A stretch of 60,198 bases of DNA from Candidatus Hadarchaeota archaeon (lineage in GTDB: Archaea; Hadarchaeota; Hadarchaeia; Hadarchaeales; JAWBSP01). Location of the stretch: NCBI GenBank assembly GCA_964474885.1, contig CAYYWO010000002.1, forward strand, positions 1-60,198, in the 5' to 3' direction. The notes under the pieces were generated by a model. The model searched no databases. It had not been told where the DNA came from and saw only the letters and a program-made list of their open reading frames with translations. A program made the translations under genes and the position numbers. How positions within the stretch are numbered: the stretch's first letter is position 1; each line of letters opens with the position of its first letter. Below are positions 1 to 9,837 of this stretch, one piece after another.

Positions 1-54
1 GAGCAAGTCCATCAAATTCCTCCACATCCCCCGCCTATTAGGCGGAGCTCCTTT

Positions 55-1719
55 TCAAGGTGCTAGAAGCTGGAAGATCCAAGACGAGAACAAGAAGACG
101 GATGCAGATACCAGAGCGGTGATGGAGAGGTCAAAGAGCGACTGGACCCTGTCCCCCGGAGCCTGGAGCCCCGAGGCGTAGCGGGCCACGGCAAGACTCA
201 GGACAAGCGAAAGGAGGCCTAAGTTGAACCACAAACAGGACAGATCTGCCGGGCCCAGCCCCATGGAGAGGAAGGGCATGCTCTCCAGGGCGGACAGCTC
301 GGCGAAAGTCGAGATCATCCAGGCCGAAAGAGAGCAGACCAGGGGGATGAGGACGAGACTGAGCATCCACAGGTTCGACCTGATCTCCCCCATGCGGTGT
401 CTGAACCTTCGCTCCGCCTTCTGCAGCTCCTCCAAGAGCTGCCCTGCCTCGCGCAAGGCCAGGGAGGTTGCCTCCTCGCTCATAGGCTTCAGGACCAGCG
501 AGGCCTCCAGCATTTGGGCGGAGATTGGATCCTCGACCCTCTCGGGCAGAGCGGAAAGGTCGGCAGAGCCCTCCTGGATCCGCAGGAGCAGCTCCCTGAC
601 GGGCTTGGAGATGTAGGGAAACCTCTGGATGGTCTCCGAAAGCGAGAAAAGGAGGCCCGTCCTGCCCAATCTCTGCCCCAGGAAGTCTACCGCCCTCCTC
701 CACTGCTCCACCCTCTTCACCCTTTCCCTCTTCAGCCTGATGCCCTTCCAGCTCCTCAGGATGCCGAAAAGGAAGATGCTCAGCCCGATCCCGAAAACCG
801 TCGGCAGGCTGAGGCCGAAGATCCAGAGCCAGGGTAGCAGGGAGAAGGAAGCGGGCACCAAGCCCGCCGCTGGGGAAAGGGGCTGGACGGGTGGGAAAGG
901 GAGGGTGAGCGGCCTGCGCGTGAGCAGGAAGATGGTGGAGAGCCAGAACAGGAGGGCCAGGGCGACCGAGATCACGGGATAAAAGCTTAGGTCGAACCTC
1001 CCCAGGAGGGCGAAGAGAGGGGAGAGACCGACGGTTAGGAGCACGGCCAGAGCACCGAGGGAGAGGAAGTAAAGAGCGGGGGAGACCATTCTCTGGAGCT
1101 CCTCCTCCACCTCCCTCTCGACCCCTGCGATGAGCCTCCTGGAAGTCTGGAGGAGCTCCCTCCTCGACCATTCTCCCCTCGAGACCTCCTCAAGCACCTC
1201 CCCTATCCCCTCATCCAGCTCAGACCACTTGTGCGAGATCCTAAGCATGAGCTCCTCGGGGCTGCCGCCCTCCCCTCTCTCCAGCTCGATCATCGCTCGC
1301 CGGAGATCCTCAGCCAGCATGCCCGGGGTGCGGGAGGCCCTCGCCATTGCACCGCGCAGGTTCCTCCTGTACATCAGGTCGAAGATTAGGACCAGAAGTG
1401 TCCCCACGGCATAGCCGCGTGCCTCACTCCGCCGCTGCGAGGCAACAAAAGAGGGATAAAGCATGAAGAGGAGCAGGCAGGGGAGGCAGAGAATCAGGAG
1501 ACCAGCCAAGAGGAGCCAGGGATTCCCCAGCAGGACTGAGATGGCCAGAACTACGAGCAGAGGAACCAGCAGGGAACAGAGGAGGCCGGAGGCATACTGC
1601 CCATCGCTCACCTTAAAACTGGCAAGCTCGAGCTCGCGCCTCGTCTCCTCCTTCAGCCTGTAGGCCTGCACGGGTAGGAGGCGGGCAGAAAACCTGCAGA
1701 AGGTCTCAAACCAGCTCAT
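55..1719 (-). CDS. Type IV pilus/T2SS membrane platform protein (TadC/FlaJ-like)
   Basis: 554 aa with several hydrophobic helix clusters alternating with cytoplasmic domains; overlaps the end of a secretion ATPase gene. Confidence 0.7.
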   Translation of the reverse strand: MSWFETFCRFSARLLPVQAYRLKEETRRELELASFKVSDGQYASGLLCSLLVPLLVVLAISVLLGNPWLLLAGLLILCLPCLLLFMLYPSFVASQRRSEARGYAVGTLLVLIFDLMYRRNLRGAMARASRTPGMLAEDLRRAMIELERGEGGSPEELMLRISHKWSELDEGIGEVLEEVSRGEWSRRELLQTSRRLIAGVEREVEEELQRMVSPALYFLSLGALAVLLTVGLSPLFALLGRFDLSFYPVISVALALLFWLSTIFLLTRRPLTLPFPPVQPLSPAAGLVPASFSLLPWLWIFGLSLPTVFGIGLSIFLFGILRSWKGIRLKRERVKRVEQWRRAVDFLGQRLGRTGLLFSLSETIQRFPYISKPVRELLLRIQEGSADLSALPERVEDPISAQMLEASLVLKPMSEEATSLALREAGQLLEELQKAERRFRHRMGEIRSNLWMLSLVLIPLVCSLSAWMISTFAELSALESMPFLSMGLGPADLSCLWFNLGLLSLVLSLAVARYASGLQAPGDRVQSLFDLSITALVSASVFLFSSWIFQLLAP

Positions 1720-3700
1720 CGATCTTCTCCTTCCACTTGCTCAGCGGATCCACCTCCTCCGAGCGGATAAGAAAGGAGTAGTAGTCGTAGGCCTGCGTGA
1801 CCGAGGGCAACTCCAGGAGCTGTGGCTTGGCTTCCGCCAGCTTGACCAAGAGCGATTTCATCTGGGCCTCTTGCAGGAGGCGCTGGATGAGCTCCCCCTC
1901 ATCCAAACCCAGCTTACGGCAGGCGAGCTGCAGAAGCGCGCTGCCTCCTTCCTCGGGGGGCCTGAGGAAAAGTCCCCTCATCTCCTGAGGGCCCAACTTG
2001 GACACTTCCATCGAGTCCAGGAGCCTGAGCTGCTGGGGATCACCCCTGAAGATCCTGTTCTCCAGCCTGTCCGCCTTCCTATCGTAGGAGAAGACCGGGG
2101 TGCTGCCTCCTCCTCTCACCTCCGAGATGCTTGTCACCCTCCTGACGGTGCCGCGGGGCGTCTCGAACCTAGCGCAGGTGACCATCAGGTCCAAGAAATC
2201 CAGCTCGGCTCCGCTCAGGCCCATTTGCTTGGTCAGGATGACCATGAGCTCCTCCTCGGATCTGGCGTGCATGCTCAGGATGACGGGCTGCCCCTGCCTG
2301 GCCGCCGCCCCGATGGCGGGCTTGATACTCTCCCTGTGTCTAACTTCGGTGAAGATCCAGTGGGCCGTACCACCCCTGAGGAAGGACTCTATCACCCTCT
2401 GCATCTCCGCCGGCTCCTGCACCCTCACGGAGGTCAGCCTGTAGCCCAGACGTACGAAGTCCGGGACGTGCAGCTCCTCAGTATCCTGAAAGGTCACAAT
2501 CCTCTCCGATCTGCCTATCTCCGGGATGTACGTCTCCACTTGGGAGGTCTTGGCAGTCCCTATCGCCCCGAGCACGACAACCCCGAAACCAAGACGGAGC
2601 AGGGTGGAGAGGAAGGAGCCTGCCAGGGGCGTTAGCGTCCCCAGCTGGATGAAGAGGGGCTGGGTCCAGGGCTTCCTCCTCCTCTTCCGGACGGAGGCGC
2701 TGAGCTGGGGGGTCCTGGCGAAGAAGAACCTCAGGCCCAGCTCCCCCAGCTCTGCATCCAAGTGGGGGTGCTGCTCGTCGAAGCGCTTGTCCTCAAGGGC
2801 AGCGAGCCGGCCAGCCAACCTCTCGAGCTCTAGGGTCGAGATGCAGAAGCCCGTCTGGCACTTACCCCACCTCACGTGTTCCACCATCACAGGCTGCAGA
2901 TCCACCGGAGGCTCCAGGTGGATGTCTGTCAGGTTATCGTCCCTGGAGAGGGGCTCTAGGAGGCCATACTTGGACCACCTGACCAGGAGCCTCGAGAGCT
3001 GGGCCAGCTGCTCCCTGCCAAGCCTGTTTCCGCCCAGCCCAAGCATGCGCCTGATGTATTCCCTCTCCAAGAAGTTAGAGACCTCCTCGGGCTTGGATAC
3101 GTCCACCTCCGCAGGCACCTCCCTAACAGGCTGGCGGTAGGCTGCAAACATGAGCGAGACAAGCCCTGGATCCAGCTTGAATTCGGGGAGATCCAAGTCG
3201 TAGAAGTAAGTGGATGTGCCGAGCTGCTCGTAGATCCTGACCTCCCCTCCCCCTTCCAGGGGATAGGCATCCACAAGCCTTTTCGGGTGCTTGCTCCCAA
3301 CCCAAACTGCCCTGACGAAGAAAGGGAGAATGGAGCAAGCGAAGACCTCCTCGTAGTTCTTAGGATGTAGCTCCCACTGCTCGATCAGGGCTTTAACCTC
3401 ATGAAGACCCAAGCGTTCGAGTAGCTTGGTCTCATGTGGCATCTCCATGACTCTTTCCTTCCTGTCCTCGGGCAGGTCTGAGGCGACTATAGCGTGGGCG
3501 AGCTGGGACAACCTTGAGGTGATGTAAACCCTACTGAATGCCCTCCTCAGCTCCACGCGCTGCACGGGCTCGATCCGGGACAGGTGCCGAAGGATGCACC
3601 GCCTGCAAGCGGGATCGAGCAGGGAGGAGAGGCGGGGGCAGCCTGAGCAGTCTATCTTGAGCGTGGAGATGGGTCCGGAGCGGAGGACCTCAGCCTTCAT
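1706..3700 (-). CDS. Type II/IV secretion system ATPase (FlaI/CpaF/VirB11-like) with N-terminal CxxC...CxxC
   Basis: Walker A-like GAIGTAKTS, Asp box TFQDTEEL, Walker B-like IFTEVR, His box SMHA, RRVTSISEV, LSRDDNLTDI. Confidence 0.85.
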   Translation of the reverse strand: MKAEVLRSGPISTLKIDCSGCPRLSSLLDPACRRCILRHLSRIEPVQRVELRRAFSRVYITSRLSQLAHAIVASDLPEDRKERVMEMPHETKLLERLGLHEVKALIEQWELHPKNYEEVFACSILPFFVRAVWVGSKHPKRLVDAYPLEGGGEVRIYEQLGTSTYFYDLDLPEFKLDPGLVSLMFAAYRQPVREVPAEVDVSKPEEVSNFLEREYIRRMLGLGGNRLGREQLAQLSRLLVRWSKYGLLEPLSRDDNLTDIHLEPPVDLQPVMVEHVRWGKCQTGFCISTLELERLAGRLAALEDKRFDEQHPHLDAELGELGLRFFFARTPQLSASVRKRRRKPWTQPLFIQLGTLTPLAGSFLSTLLRLGFGVVVLGAIGTAKTSQVETYIPEIGRSERIVTFQDTEELHVPDFVRLGYRLTSVRVQEPAEMQRVIESFLRGGTAHWIFTEVRHRESIKPAIGAAARQGQPVILSMHARSEEELMVILTKQMGLSGAELDFLDLMVTCARFETPRGTVRRVTSISEVRGGGSTPVFSYDRKADRLENRIFRGDPQQLRLLDSMEVSKLGPQEMRGLFLRPPEEGGSALLQLACRKLGLDEGELIQRLLQEAQMKSLLVKLAEAKPQLLELPSVTQAYDYYSFLIRSEEVDPLSKWKEKIDELV

Positions 3701-3899
3701 CCACGAAGGGTTTCCTCGTTCTCCCCCTGCTTATGTCGCGGATCTCGAGCTTCTTGACGGGTGGGCTCTCCTGACCCGTGAGGGTGTGCTCTAGGGCCTC
3801 CACCCTGCGCTCCAGCTCCTGGAGCCTCTCGTACAGGGCGGCAAACTGCTCGGAAAGATCTGGAGCCACACTCTCCGGCTGTTTCTTCCTCAGCCTCAT
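3690..3899 (-). CDS. Small coiled-coil hypothetical protein
   Basis: ATG at 3899 overlaps the upstream stop (ATGA); heptads LYERLQELERRVEALE; overlaps the ATPase start. Confidence 0.55.
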   Translation of the reverse strand: MRLRKKQPESVAPDLSEQFAALYERLQELERRVEALEHTLTGQESPPVKKLEIRDISRGRTRKPFVDEG

Positions 3900-4252
3900 C
3901 TCCTCCAGCTCAGGAGAGGGGGCAGGACCACGAGGATGCTCCCCACCGCCAGCAGAGTCAACTGTGTGCCCCAAGTGTAGGGGGCGGTCAGGGCCTCTAC
4001 TATCACGGCCAGCCCCATGGAGGAAAGGACCGGGGCGAAAGCCAAGAAAGGTGAGGATTCCATCCAGTCCTCGAAGGTCTCTCCCAGCACCGCGACGTAG
4101 CTCAGGATCAAGGCCAGGCCCAAGGAGATAAGGCCGACGTCGAAAAGGTTCTCAGGCATGGGGGAGACCCCCTTGAGGAGTGTGACCATGCCTAGGAAAA
4201 GCAAGGCTAGGGCCAGTGGGATCCGTGGAGCCATCCAGTTCTTAACCCCCAC
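3896..4252 (-). CDS. Small multi-pass membrane protein
   Basis: 118 aa with about four hydrophobic segments; first gene of the putative ATPase operon. Confidence 0.6.
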   Translation of the reverse strand: MGVKNWMAPRIPLALALLFLGMVTLLKGVSPMPENLFDVGLISLGLALILSYVAVLGETFEDWMESSPFLAFAPVLSSMGLAVIVEALTAPYTWGTQLTLLAVGSILVVLPPLLSWRR

Positions 4253-4264
4253 AATAAATGAGAG

Positions 4265-4936
4265 ATGATTGGCATTCTGATCACCGGAGGAAAAGACTCC
4301 ACATATGCGTACTGGTTGTGCCAGTCACAGGGGAGGAAGCCGGATGTCTTGATATGCGCAGTGCCGGAATCCTCAGATTCCTGGATGTTTCACCGGGTGA
4401 ACCTCGAGCACATAGATCTCTTCGCGGAGTGCCTAGGCACCCCGTTGCTGAAAATCAGGGTGAGCGGGATCAAGGAGCAAGAAGTCCAAGAGCTCACCGA
4501 GGGGCTCAGGGATCTGCGTCTGGAGGTGCTGGTGAGCGGAACCGTGGCATCTAGATACCAGAAGGAGCGCATCGATAGGTTGTGCGAGGAGATGGGTGCG
4601 GAGCACGTGACACCCCTGTGGGGCAGGGATCAGCTCGGCCTCCTGAAGGAGGAGGTAGGGGCCGGGCTACAGATCCTCATCACGAGTGTTTCAGCAGAAG
4701 GCCTCGACCAGAGATGGCTGGGAAGGATTCTTGACGAGCGGGCCGTCGAGGAGCTTGGGCTGCTGGCAAAAAGATTCGGGTTGAATCCGGCCGGGGAAGG
4801 GGGAGAATATGAGACCATGGTGCTGGATGCCCCCTTCTTCAGGAAGAGACTTGAAGTCAGGCGAATGGAAAAGACTTGGAACGGGACTCGGGGCTCCGTG
4901 AGGCTCGAGGTCCAGCTGTGTGGGAAGGATGGCTGA
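4265..4936 (+). CDS. Diphthine-ammonia ligase (Dph6-like PP-loop ATPase)
   Basis: TGGKDS PP-loop, SWMFH, SRYQKERI, PAGEGGEYETMVLDAP. Confidence 0.85.
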   Translation: MIGILITGGKDSTYAYWLCQSQGRKPDVLICAVPESSDSWMFHRVNLEHIDLFAECLGTPLLKIRVSGIKEQEVQELTEGLRDLRLEVLVSGTVASRYQKERIDRLCEEMGAEHVTPLWGRDQLGLLKEEVGAGLQILITSVSAEGLDQRWLGRILDERAVEELGLLAKRFGLNPAGEGGEYETMVLDAPFFRKRLEVRRMEKTWNGTRGSVRLEVQLCGKDG

Positions 4937-5921
4937 GACATCCATCGTTTGCTCACGCGAGTTCATGAAGCATGAGCCCGCTCCGGGGCACCCCGAGGGC
5001 CCCTACAGGATGAAGGCTATTCTGGATGGGCTCGAAAGTGCCGGGCTTTTAAGATCCATCAGGGTTCTCCCCCCCAGGATGGGGACTGAGGAGGAGGCCC
5101 GCTTGATCCATGAGGAGAGTTATTTGGAGCTCCTGAAAAAGGCTTGTTCGAAAGAAATTCCCATAGATGCTGACACACCCACGCGGAAGGAAACCTACCG
5201 GCTAGCGCTACTCGCCGTGGGGGGCGCACTGGTAGCGGCCGAGGAAGCGCTGGAGAGAGGGCCCTGCTTCGCCCTCATCAGGCCACCCGGCCACCACGCA
5301 TCTCGCTGCAGGGGGGCGGGCTTCTGCTACCTCAACAACCTAGCCATCTGCGTCCGGTGGCTCCTGAAGAAAGGTGCGCGGAGGATCATGATCTGGGATC
5401 TGGATGCGCACTGCGGGGATGGAACCGAGGAGATCTTCTACTCGGATCCTAATGTGCTCTATGTCTCCTTTCACCAGGATCCGGCGACCCTTTACCCAGG
5501 CACCGGTTTCGCCTGGCAGGTAGGGAGGGGAGAGGGGGAGGGCTTCACGGTTAACGTCCCCCTCCCTCCCGGCTCCGGTGATGCTGAATACTCGGCCTGC
5601 GTTGATGAGATCTTCCTGCCCTTGCTGGATCAGTTCAAACCGGAGATCATGGCCGTTTCGATGGGCTTTGACGCACACCGATCCGATCCCCTGACCCAGC
5701 TTTCCCTCACCTCCCAAGCCTTCGGCTGGCTCGCCTACGAGGCCCTCCGGAAAAAGTGCTTTTTCGTGCTCGAGGGAGGGTACAGCCCCTCGGCCCTTTC
5801 GGAGAGCGTGTGCAACATCGTGCGGGCTATGCAAGGGGAGGAATTCAAGAGGGCTAAACCGAAAAAAACCTCCGTTATCAAAGAGGTCAAGAGGAACCTC
5901 AGGGATTACTGGAAATTTTAG
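4929..5921 (+). CDS. Histone deacetylase family protein
   Basis: HPE, RPPGHHA, GFCYLNN, DLDAHCGDGT, GFDAH, LEGGY. Confidence 0.92.
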   Translation: MAETSIVCSREFMKHEPAPGHPEGPYRMKAILDGLESAGLLRSIRVLPPRMGTEEEARLIHEESYLELLKKACSKEIPIDADTPTRKETYRLALLAVGGALVAAEEALERGPCFALIRPPGHHASRCRGAGFCYLNNLAICVRWLLKKGARRIMIWDLDAHCGDGTEEIFYSDPNVLYVSFHQDPATLYPGTGFAWQVGRGEGEGFTVNVPLPPGSGDAEYSACVDEIFLPLLDQFKPEIMAVSMGFDAHRSDPLTQLSLTSQAFGWLAYEALRKKCFFVLEGGYSPSALSESVCNIVRAMQGEEFKRAKPKKTSVIKEVKRNLRDYWKF

Positions 5922-5964
5922 GTGAATTTCGCGTGAACTGGATGCCGCCGACGCCACTTGGTGT

Positions 5965-6630
5965 TCACAAGAGATGAACCTGCTTCCCCTTGTAAGGAGA
6001 GGTCAGAACTTCCCTTATCTCCCTAGCCTTCTCCGGGCCTATACCTTGGACGAGCTGGAGCTCCCTCTCGGAGGCCGTCATCACGCGCTCGACCGTCCCA
6101 AACCTCTCCAATAAGCGCTGGGCTAGGGTACCGGAGACGCCCGGCAGGCCCTCGACCACAAACCTCTGCTTCTCCTCAAGCGTTAATCCCTTCCTCTCTC
6201 CCCTGACCACGAGCTCCCTCCGCTTCTCTTCCTGTTCCCTCCTCGTCAGGACTAAGAGCAAGCCTGCCGTATCCACCTCATCCCGGCTCGGAAGGATGGG
6301 TATGTTAAAATCGACCGCCACCGCGAGCAGTGCTCCCCTGAGCGCGTTGGGGTGGATGCCCCTAACGGTGTAGGGATCCTCCCTGCCCTCGAGGATCAGG
6401 ACAGGCTTTGGGAAGGCCTCCTTCAGCATCCTAGCCTGCTCCAAGAGCCTCCCGTCGATGATTGACTGGACAAAGTCCCTTACGCTCTTCCTCTCCACAC
6501 CCACCTCCGAGCTGACGATGTAATCCCCGACGTCCAGCTGCCTCGTCTCCACCTGCACGCCCGCCTCGAAGAGCCTCCGGACGACACCTGAGGGGATCTC
6601 TCTGTGGTCCGCGATTATCCTCAGTGGCAT
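5965..6630 (-). CDS. ERCC4/XPF nuclease with (HhH)2 (nuclease half of Hef)
   Basis: IADHRE, GDYIV, VERKSVRDF; HhH motifs LPGVSGTLA and VQGIGPEKA. Confidence 0.9.
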   Translation of the reverse strand: MPLRIIADHREIPSGVVRRLFEAGVQVETRQLDVGDYIVSSEVGVERKSVRDFVQSIIDGRLLEQARMLKEAFPKPVLILEGREDPYTVRGIHPNALRGALLAVAVDFNIPILPSRDEVDTAGLLLVLTRREQEEKRRELVVRGERKGLTLEEKQRFVVEGLPGVSGTLAQRLLERFGTVERVMTASERELQLVQGIGPEKAREIREVLTSPYKGKQVHLL

Positions 6631-8163
6631 TCACCCCACCAGCTTAACTTGTTTTCCCTGCGTTAGAAACTTTCTCATTTCCCTCTCCTTCCAATAAGCC
6701 GACCAGTAGTAGGCCTCATCCCTCGTACCCTTCGCCAGCAGTACCACTACCCTGCCCGGCCTGGTCCTCCCTGTCCTCCCCTTTCGCTGGATGGACCTAA
6801 TCTCGCTGGGCACCGCCTCGTAAAAGACCACGAGCTCGACATCCGGGATGTCCAAGCCCTCCTCCCCAACGGCTGTGGAGACCAGCACGCTTATCTCCCC
6901 ATCCCTCAGCTTCCTCACCGAGCTTAGCTGCTGGCGCTGGCTCATCCCCCTGCTCCCTCCTCTGTCTGACTGCCCAAGCAACTTCTCGGCCCTGATGCCC
7001 TCCCGGAGAAATAACTCCAAGAGCCTTTCGGCGGTCTCCCGGAAGTTAGTGAAAACCAAGATCTTGGATGAGGGATCGTTCTGGAGCTGCTCCTTTACAC
7101 ACGCTAGGCAGGCCTCCAGCTTCGGGTGGGTGGAGAAGCCTGACTGCAGGGCGCGCTTGGCGAGAGAGAGCGCTACGGAAGTTCGCCTGTCAGATGCAAG
7201 CAGCCTATCCGCCTTACTGCTCCCGGGCTGCTGACTCTTGGCCTGCAGCCTCTCCAGGAAGTTCACCAGTGCGTGGATGCCCTGGGTCTCCAAGAGCTCC
7301 AAGCCGTGGGTCAGCTTGAGGGAGGCTGCGAGGTGAGCGAGCAGGGGCTCCTTCCCTTCTCTCTCCGCTAGGAGCTTCTGTTGGAGCTCGAGCAGGTGCC
7401 TCTTAGGCACTTCCCGGGTGGACTGCAGATAGCCTGCCTCCTTCAGCTTGGAGAGGTGCTCCTCCAGCTGATCTTCTAGCAGCCGTTTCAGGGTGATGAA
7501 ATGTTCGGGCAGTTCCACCCTCCGCCACTCCACCTTGACGGGCTTTACATAGGTGCGCACATCGCGGTCCCTCTCTCCCTTTAGGTGAACAGCTTCTATG
7601 AAGAGGTTCCGCTTCACCTCCTCTATCCTCTCCACAGCCCCTCCCGGCGAGGCGGTCAGAGCGAGAATGAGGGGGCTCCTGGCCAACCTCATGAACTGAG
7701 AGGCAATGAAGACGTACGAGTAATCACCCACAGCTCGGTGCGCCTCATCGAAGACGAGCAGACAAAAGTCCCCGAACTCCAGCTTCCCGGAAATCAAGTC
7801 CCTCTCGACCACCTGGGGGGTGGCGAAGAAGATCCTCCCCGAAGACCAAATCCTCTTCCTTTCCTGTGGTGGCCTCTCCCCCGTCAGAAAGTTGAAGTCC
7901 TCCTCGGGCAGGTTCATGCACTTCTTGAAGGTCTCGTAGTGCTGGATAGTCAGAGGCTTAGTCGGGGCCATGACTAGGACCTTCCCTTCCGGGTACCTAG
8001 AGAGCCTCCAGCAGGCTACCATTATCGCCAGATAGGTCTTGCCGAGCCCCGTCGGCATGACTACGAGCGAGTTCTTCTCGAGCAAGTGCGGCAGGAGGGA
8101 GAGCTGGTACTCGCGGAGCTCCACCGTGTTCGGTTTGAGCAGGGGATGGGAGGCGTACACCAT
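6631..8163 (-). CDS. hef: Hef/FANCM-like SF2 helicase (helicase half of Hef)
   Basis: REYQ, PTGLGKT, DEAHRA, LTASPG, EEGLDIP, IQRKGRTGR. Confidence 0.9.
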   Translation of the reverse strand: MVYASHPLLKPNTVELREYQLSLLPHLLEKNSLVVMPTGLGKTYLAIMVACWRLSRYPEGKVLVMAPTKPLTIQHYETFKKCMNLPEEDFNFLTGERPPQERKRIWSSGRIFFATPQVVERDLISGKLEFGDFCLLVFDEAHRAVGDYSYVFIASQFMRLARSPLILALTASPGGAVERIEEVKRNLFIEAVHLKGERDRDVRTYVKPVKVEWRRVELPEHFITLKRLLEDQLEEHLSKLKEAGYLQSTREVPKRHLLELQQKLLAEREGKEPLLAHLAASLKLTHGLELLETQGIHALVNFLERLQAKSQQPGSSKADRLLASDRRTSVALSLAKRALQSGFSTHPKLEACLACVKEQLQNDPSSKILVFTNFRETAERLLELFLREGIRAEKLLGQSDRGGSRGMSQRQQLSSVRKLRDGEISVLVSTAVGEEGLDIPDVELVVFYEAVPSEIRSIQRKGRTGRTRPGRVVVLLAKGTRDEAYYWSAYWKEREMRKFLTQGKQVKLVG

Positions 8164-8267
8164 CAGTAGTTCCTCGTCCTAAAATCCCGCACTGACTCCT
8201 GGCACGGTATTCCTCCCAGCTTAGTTCCACCGGCTTCTGCCCGGAACGAACCGAGCATTTTCTCAGC

Positions 8268-8342
8268 CTTTTTCAGCATTAGCAGTACGATATTCATGCT
8301 AAATTTGGAGAGAGCTGGCTGGAAGTAAATTCAGGCTCATCC
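8268..8342 (-). repeat. Degenerate relic of the IS left-end/leader region at 34760-34840
   Basis: CTAAATTTGGAGAGAGCTGGCTGGAAGTAAATTC aligns with CTAAATTCGGAGAGAGAGTTGACTGGAAGTAAATTC upstream of tnpB. Confidence 0.7.
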
Positions 8343-9326
8343 TGCTTGCAGGATCCAGAAGGGCCTGGGCAGGATCACGAGGATCCTGGTTTCGAACCTT
8401 CCCGAGGGAAACTCCCAGACATAACTGAGGGGATGGTACCCGTCCGCGCGGGGGATGACAGGATTTTCCCAGTCCTGGATCTCCTCCACAGCCCGGAGCT
8501 CCGCGATCACTCTCCACTGTCCCCACCAAAGGGTAGTACCGGGCAGATAGATGGGCGTAGCCAGCTTCCTCCCAGCCAAGCCAAGGGGATCCTCCCTCTT
8601 GAACTCCACCCGCCTCACCTCCAGCTCAGCCCTGATCCTCAGGCCTTCCGGGCTAACCTTCCCCCCTTTGGCCCCCAAGGTTTCGAGCTCCCCCTCCGCC
8701 CAAGCCCTCTTCAGGAGCTCCCCAACCAAACGCTTGGAGAGGACTACCTGACCTGTGAGGGCCTGAGCGAGGGCCTGCATGTACTGCCAGTCCCTCCACC
8801 GATCGTGTATCTCGTCCAGGCTCCCGACGAACTCGTTCATCTTGCGCTGCAGGAGGAAGAACCTGCAGGGTACCCGAACCTCCAAGCTGTCCAGGGATTC
8901 CCACATGGTCAGAAAGGGTGATCTGACGCCCAGCACCCCCGATGCGCGGTACCTAGTGAGGACAAAACCCCCTGGTAGTTCCTCAAGCTGGACATCCAAG
9001 GGGGTGAATCTGAGATAGCTACTGTCGCTCTCTAAGTTCTCGGGGCAGGTCTGGAGGATCCTGCTTCTCACAGCCTCCAGCCTCTCCTCGTCCGACCCGA
9101 ATTCGGAGGCGCACAGGGAAACCCGCTGCAGGGCTACGTATGTGAGCTGTCTCAGGCTCTCTTCGAAGGACTCCCGGAGGAGCTTCAGCTGGGATCGGAG
9201 GTGCTCCTGCTGGCAGGTGTAGGCGCCCATCTGTGCTCCCAGCCTGCCCACCTCCTGGAGCTGGAGGCAGACGGAGAAGGTGAGGACCAGAACCAGAGCA
9301 CCCAAGGCCGCAAAGTGGACGCTCAT
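8337..9326 (-). CDS. Hypothetical membrane-anchored protein of the pilin-like cluster
   Basis: 329 aa with a single N-terminal hydrophobic helix; overlaps the preceding ORF. Confidence 0.6.
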   Translation of the reverse strand: MSVHFAALGALVLVLTFSVCLQLQEVGRLGAQMGAYTCQQEHLRSQLKLLRESFEESLRQLTYVALQRVSLCASEFGSDEERLEAVRSRILQTCPENLESDSSYLRFTPLDVQLEELPGGFVLTRYRASGVLGVRSPFLTMWESLDSLEVRVPCRFFLLQRKMNEFVGSLDEIHDRWRDWQYMQALAQALTGQVVLSKRLVGELLKRAWAEGELETLGAKGGKVSPEGLRIRAELEVRRVEFKREDPLGLAGRKLATPIYLPGTTLWWGQWRVIAELRAVEEIQDWENPVIPRADGYHPLSYVWEFPSGRFETRILVILPRPFWILQAG

Positions 9327-9730
9327 TTGTAGAGCGAAAGCTGGGGTGTGATCACCCGGTTATCTGGTGTCAGCAACCGGAACCTCGCAAAGTCTACCTC
9401 CTCCGACCCCTCCGCCCCAACTGTGAAATCGCCCAACCTGAAAACGAAAACGAAGGGTGTTGAGCGCTCCAGAATGCACGAGATCCCATTCTCGAGCTGA
9501 TCCACGAGCCAAACCGGGTAGCCCAGCTGGTCTGCTTCGACCAAGAAGGACATGAGGGACTTCTGCACCATCCGGCCGCCGGGACAAGTCACGCGGAGGT
9601 TCTCGGTCAGGAGCTGGTGGAGGATGCGCCCCGCTCCGTGGGTGCTGTCAGGTAGAGCAACCAGGCCCAAGAGGAGGAGAGAAAGACAGATGCAGTTCGC
9701 GAAAACCGCAAGACCGAGGAGCCTGTCCAT
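9323..9730 (-). CDS. Hypothetical pilin-like protein
   Basis: MDRLLGLAVF... N-terminal hydrophobic helix; start chosen at ATG 9730. Confidence 0.5.
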   Translation of the reverse strand: MDRLLGLAVFANCICLSLLLLGLVALPDSTHGAGRILHQLLTENLRVTCPGGRMVQKSLMSFLVEADQLGYPVWLVDQLENGISCILERSTPFVFVFRLGDFTVGAEGSEEVDFARFRLLTPDNRVITPQLSLYK

Positions 9731-9837
9731 TTCAACCGCCGAGCACAATCCAAGTAACTGGAGACAAAGCTACTGAGGTAAAGGAAGAACAGAAACAGCA
9801 TGGTGCATACGAAGAGGGTCGCGAGCAGCTCATCCAT
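9607..9837 (-). CDS. Short hydrophobic pilin-like ORF (possibly truncated)
   Basis: MDELLATLFVCTMLFLFFLYL N-terminus; overlaps the next ORF by about 120 nt. Confidence 0.35.
   Translation of the reverse strand: MDELLATLFVCTMLFLFFLYLSSFVSSYLDCARRLKWTGSSVLRFSRTASVFLSSSWAWLLYLTAPTERGASSTSS

Noticed and set aside
131-1171. 346-aa alternative-frame ORF, and similar long overlapping or antisense ORFs (for example 27959-29089, 46718-47704, 54638-55522)
   Set aside because: They overlap well-supported genes, have low-complexity G/P/R/S-rich translations and no motifs; these are shadow ORFs typical of GC-rich DNA
6631-6633. Selenocysteine recoding of the Hef TGA
   Set aside because: The position is a linker with no catalytic Cys equivalent, and no SECIS-like element was recognised
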